Shown here: piece by piece, positions 10,405 to 13,480 of the stretch
How positions within the stretch are numbered: the stretch's first letter is position 1
Layout: each line of letters opens with the position of its first letter
Source of the DNA: Clostridia bacterium
Lineage (GTDB): Bacteria; Bacillota; Clostridia; Christensenellales; Aristaeellaceae
Length of the DNA stretch: 13,480 nt
Direction of reading: 5' to 3'
Assembly (NCBI GenBank): GCA_030526225.1
Contig: JAUNDF010000051.1
Coordinates: 2,066 to 15,545, forward strand
Made by a program: the position numbers and the translations under genes
Notes under the pieces: model-generated
What the model saw: the letters and a program-made list of their open reading frames with translations, nothing else
Database searches by the model: none
Told to the model about the DNA's origin: nothing

Positions 10405-11928
10405 ATGCGTTCATCCGTTAAGCTTTCCCATCGCCTGATTCTGCTGCTGTTTGCAGCGTTGTATCTGGTCATCTGTGCCGTATCACTGCCCATGTTTCTT
10501 AACAGTGGTCGGAAAATTGTTGTAATGCTCTTCGCTCTGCTTGGAGCGGCACTGATGGTGCTTTTTGGTTTTGTTAGGCTGCCGAAGCAAAAAAACAGCA
10601 CCGTGCTGATTCTGTGCGTTGCGTATTTCGCCATTTTATTAACAGCACAATTTTGCCTTTTCCAGCGCGGATTCTTTATCGGCAGTCAAGATGCCCGCGT
10701 TCTGTCTCTTCTTGCATATGACTACGCAGTATATCCGCCCGAATCCATCTCGCTTCCCTACTTCAGCCAGTACAGCAACAACGCCTTTCTCTTCGCGCTG
10801 CTGCTGATGCTGAACCGCGTGTTCCTTGCCATCAATCCCGCCCTGACCATGGAACAGTGCACGTTCTTCCTGTGCATGGTGCAGTGTGCCCTGGCCGCGG
10901 CGACGGGCATCCTGTCCTGTACAGTACTGACGCGGCAGCTGCGCCTGCGCCGGTATATCGCCGTGTTCTGCCTGCTGTACACGCTGTTCGTCAGCTTTTC
11001 CCCATGGATGATGATTCCCTACTCCGACGGCTTCAGCCTGCTGCTGCCGGTGGTGGCACTGTGCCTGTACCTGCTCTCCCGCAAGGCAGGAGTCAAGTGC
11101 AAGGCGACATCGTGGATGGCTATCGGGCTGCTGATGGGCCTGTCCATGCTCATCAAGCCCCAGGCGGCGGTGATGTGCATCGCCATCGTCATCATGGAGG
11201 CAATCGACCTGCTGCGTCCCTTCCGGTGGAAGCGGCTGCTGGCGCTGGTGCTGTGTATCGCCCTTACCGCCATCATGGTGATGGTTCCCCTGAAGCAGGC
11301 GGTGCTTTCCGCCAACCGGATTGAGCTGGATCCTGAGCAGGACTTCGGCTTCACCCATTATGTGATGCTGGGCATGAACCCGGAAACCAGCGGCCAGTTC
11401 AATCAGCGGCTGTACGAGCTGTCTGCCGGTGCGCCCACCAAGGCGGAGCGCAAGCAGGCCCAGCTGGCAGAAATCAACCGCTCCCTGACCCATTACGCGC
11501 AGAACCCCGCAGATATCTGGCGGGTCATGCGGGACAAGCTGCTGGTCACCTTCGGGGACGGCACATTGTGCTGGACCGGTGACTGGGTGGCCTACGAATG
11601 CAGCGAGCCGTCCCTGTCCCAGCGGTTCCTGCGGGTTTTCCGGGATGTGAAGGCACCCCGCTGGCCCATGGTATCCGCCACTGAAACGGCCCTGTGGCTG
11701 ACGGTGCTGCTGCTGGCGCTCCTTTGCCCATTGGCGGCATGGCAGCATCCGCCGCTGACGGTGCTGCCCCTGAGCCTGCTGGGGCTGGCACTCTTCGAGC
11801 TGCTGTTTGAGGCAGGCGGCCGGTACCTGTTCGGCTCCGTGCCCCTGTTCCTTTTATCCGCGGTGATGGCGCTGGACGCCCTTGCCGCCATCATCAAACG
11901 CAAACTCACCCCCACTGACAACCCTTGA
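10405..11928 (+). CDS. Putative GT-C-like (GT39/PMT_2-like) integral membrane glycosyltransferase
   Basis: This is a 507-aa polytopic protein. It carries a loop Asp (FIGSQDARVL), YFSQYSNNAFLFALL and LIKPQAAVMCIAIVIM motifs, and a soluble loop of about 100 aa before the last helices. The ATG directly abuts the upstream TAA, and a GGAGGA SD at 10395-10400 lies inside the upstream gene. Confidence 0.5.
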   Translation: MRSSVKLSHRLILLLFAALYLVICAVSLPMFLNSGRKIVVMLFALLGAALMVLFGFVRLPKQKNSTVLILCVAYFAILLTAQFCLFQRGFFIGSQDARVLSLLAYDYAVYPPESISLPYFSQYSNNAFLFALLLMLNRVFLAINPALTMEQCTFFLCMVQCALAAATGILSCTVLTRQLRLRRYIAVFCLLYTLFVSFSPWMMIPYSDGFSLLLPVVALCLYLLSRKAGVKCKATSWMAIGLLMGLSMLIKPQAAVMCIAIVIMEAIDLLRPFRWKRLLALVLCIALTAIMVMVPLKQAVLSANRIELDPEQDFGFTHYVMLGMNPETSGQFNQRLYELSAGAPTKAERKQAQLAEINRSLTHYAQNPADIWRVMRDKLLVTFGDGTLCWTGDWVAYECSEPSLSQRFLRVFRDVKAPRWPMVSATETALWLTVLLLALLCPLAAWQHPPLTVLPLSLLGLALFELLFEAGGRYLFGSVPLFLLSAVMALDALAAIIKRKLTPTDNP

Positions 11929-11955
11929 CAGGAGGTCACCCCTACGAGCGAAGTA

Positions 11956-12834
11956 TTGAAGCGCGGAACACTCATCCGCGGCATCGGCAGTTTTTACACC
12001 GTCGTCACCGAGGACGGCGAGGAATACACATTGCGGTGCAAGAAAAAGTTCCGCCGGATGAAAATGTCCCCGCTGGTGGGGGACGAGGTCACCTTTATCC
12101 CCGGCGAAGGCGAGGAGGACGGCTGGCTGGAGGAGATTCTCCCCCGCCGCAGTGAATGCATCCGTCCCCCGGCGGCCAACGTATCCCTGATGCTCATCGT
12201 GCTGTGCCCTGTGCCCGAGCCTGATATGCTGCTGGTGGACCGGCTGCTGGTCAGGGCCCGGAAGCAGAACATGCGCTGTGCGCTGGTGGTGAGCAAAACG
12301 GATCTGGACAGCACCATGGAGGGCCGCATCCGCGCGGAATATGCCCATGCGGATGTGGATGTCTACGCTGTGTGCAGCCAGACCGGAGAAGGTCTCGAAG
12401 AGCTTCGTCAGGCCATGCGGTGCGAATTGTGCTGCCTTGCCGGGCAGAGCGGCGTGGGCAAATCCACCATGCTCAATGCCCTGCTGGGGCTTTAGCTGGA
12501 AACCGGCGAAATCAGCCGGAAGATTCAGCGGGGCAAAAACACCACCCGCCGCGCCGAAATGATGCTGAAGGACGGCCTGCGTGTGCTGGATACCGCCGGC
12601 TTCAGCCTGCTGGAGCTGGAGAGCAACATGGAGCCCATCACCCTGAAGGATTACTATCCGGAGTTTGCCCCCTATGAGGGCGAATGCCGCTTTACGCCCT
12701 GCTACCACGACCGGGAGCCTGGCTGTGCCGTGACCTGTGCCTGTGAAGAGGGCGCCATTCCCCTGCCCCGGCTGGAGCGCTACCGCACACTGCTGGGCGA
12801 AGTAAAACAGACCTGGAGGGAACGTTATGATTAA
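11956..12834 (+). CDS. rsgA: Ribosome small-subunit-dependent GTPase A (RsgA/YjeQ/CpgA), one frame interrupted by a single in-frame TAG at 12493-12495
   Basis: Track ORFs 11956-12495 and 12559-12834 share a frame. The motif order is that of a circularly permuted GTPase. The OB-fold N-terminus (GSFYTV...VGDEVTF), G4 VVSKTDL and G1 GQSGVGKST come before the TAG. ETGEISRKIQRGKNTTRR (G2), LDTAGF (G3) and the zinc-finger CRFTPCYHDREPGCAV follow it in the same frame. The start is TTG. The 292 codons match the usual length. Confidence 0.9.
12493..12495 (+). other. In-frame amber (TAG) codon inside rsgA
   Basis: The context is ctg ggg ctt TAG ctg gaa acc. It sits in the variable linker between G1 and the TGEIS segment. 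Confidence 0.9.
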
Positions 12835-13480
12835 GATTGCCCCGTCCATTCTGGCGGCGGATGTATTGCACATGGGCGACGAGATTGCCCGCATGGAGGC
12901 CGCCGGTGCCGATTGGCTGCACGTGGACATTATGGATGCCCACTTTGTCCCCAACCTCAGCTTCTCCCCCGCGCTGTGCAAGGCCATTGACGCAAAGCAC
13001 GATATCTGGCAGGATGTGCACCTGATGATGGACAACCCCGGCCAGTACCTTGATGCCTTTATTGATGCCGGTGCCGACGGCGTGACCATCCACGCGGAGA
13101 TTCCCGGGGATGTAGCCGGTATGCTGCAGCACATCCGCGACTGCGGCAAGCTGGCAGGACTGAGCGTAAAGCCCGGCACGCCGGTGGATGCCATCACCGA
13201 TTTGCTGCCCCTGTGTGACCTTGTGCTGGTAATGACCGTGGAGCCCGGCTTCGGCGGTCAGAAGTTTATGGCCGACATGATTGACAAGGTCCGTCAGCTG
13301 CGGCAGATGGGCTATCAGGGCTATATCATGGCCGATGGCGGCGTGTGCCGCGAAAACCTCCCCCAGCTGATTGAAGCCGGGCTTGATGCCGCCGTCATGG
13401 GCACCGCCCTGTACAAGGCAGAAAACCCCGCGGAATATATCGAGGAATGCCGGGGGATTTGGGAGAAAATCAGGGGATAA
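12827..13480 (+). CDS. rpe: Ribulose-phosphate 3-epimerase
   Basis: The motifs are IAPSILAAD, HVDIMDAHFVPNLSF, MTVEPGFGGQKF and ADGG. It is 217 aa with a TAA stop at the window end. It overlaps rsgA by 8 nt and a GGAGGG SD lies upstream. The rsgA-rpe adjacency is conserved in Firmicutes. Confidence 0.95.
   Translation: MIKIAPSILAADVLHMGDEIARMEAAGADWLHVDIMDAHFVPNLSFSPALCKAIDAKHDIWQDVHLMMDNPGQYLDAFIDAGADGVTIHAEIPGDVAGMLQHIRDCGKLAGLSVKPGTPVDAITDLLPLCDLVLVMTVEPGFGGQKFMADMIDKVRQLRQMGYQGYIMADGGVCRENLPQLIEAGLDAAVMGTALYKAENPAEYIEECRGIWEKIRG

Overview
This is a GC-rich bacterial chromosomal window with all 11 genes on the plus strand. A high-GC Firmicutes/Clostridia-type genome is a tentative guess, based on rsgA-rpe synteny and protein motifs. 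The layout is tmk, mnmA, a rho-independent terminator and a near-consensus sigma-A promoter. A seven-gene envelope glycosylation island follows, then rsgA and rpe. The island encodes a GT-C membrane glycosyltransferase with an extra N-terminal domain, a GtrB/DPM1-like polyprenyl-phosphate sugar synthase (GT2), a GT4 enzyme, a MOP/Wzx-type flippase and three more GT-C-like paralogs. The strongest signal is that three otherwise intact genes (mnmA, one GT-C gene, rsgA) each carry exactly one in-frame TAG. Conserved catalytic motifs continue in the same frame after each TAG. None of the 11 genes ends in TAG (7 TAA, 4 TGA). This pattern fits TAG being read as a sense codon (amber reassignment or obligate suppression) better than three independent pseudogenes. 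It needs genome-wide confirmation: a tRNA-CUA, RF1 status and read support. I recognised no CRISPR array, RNA gene or mobile element.
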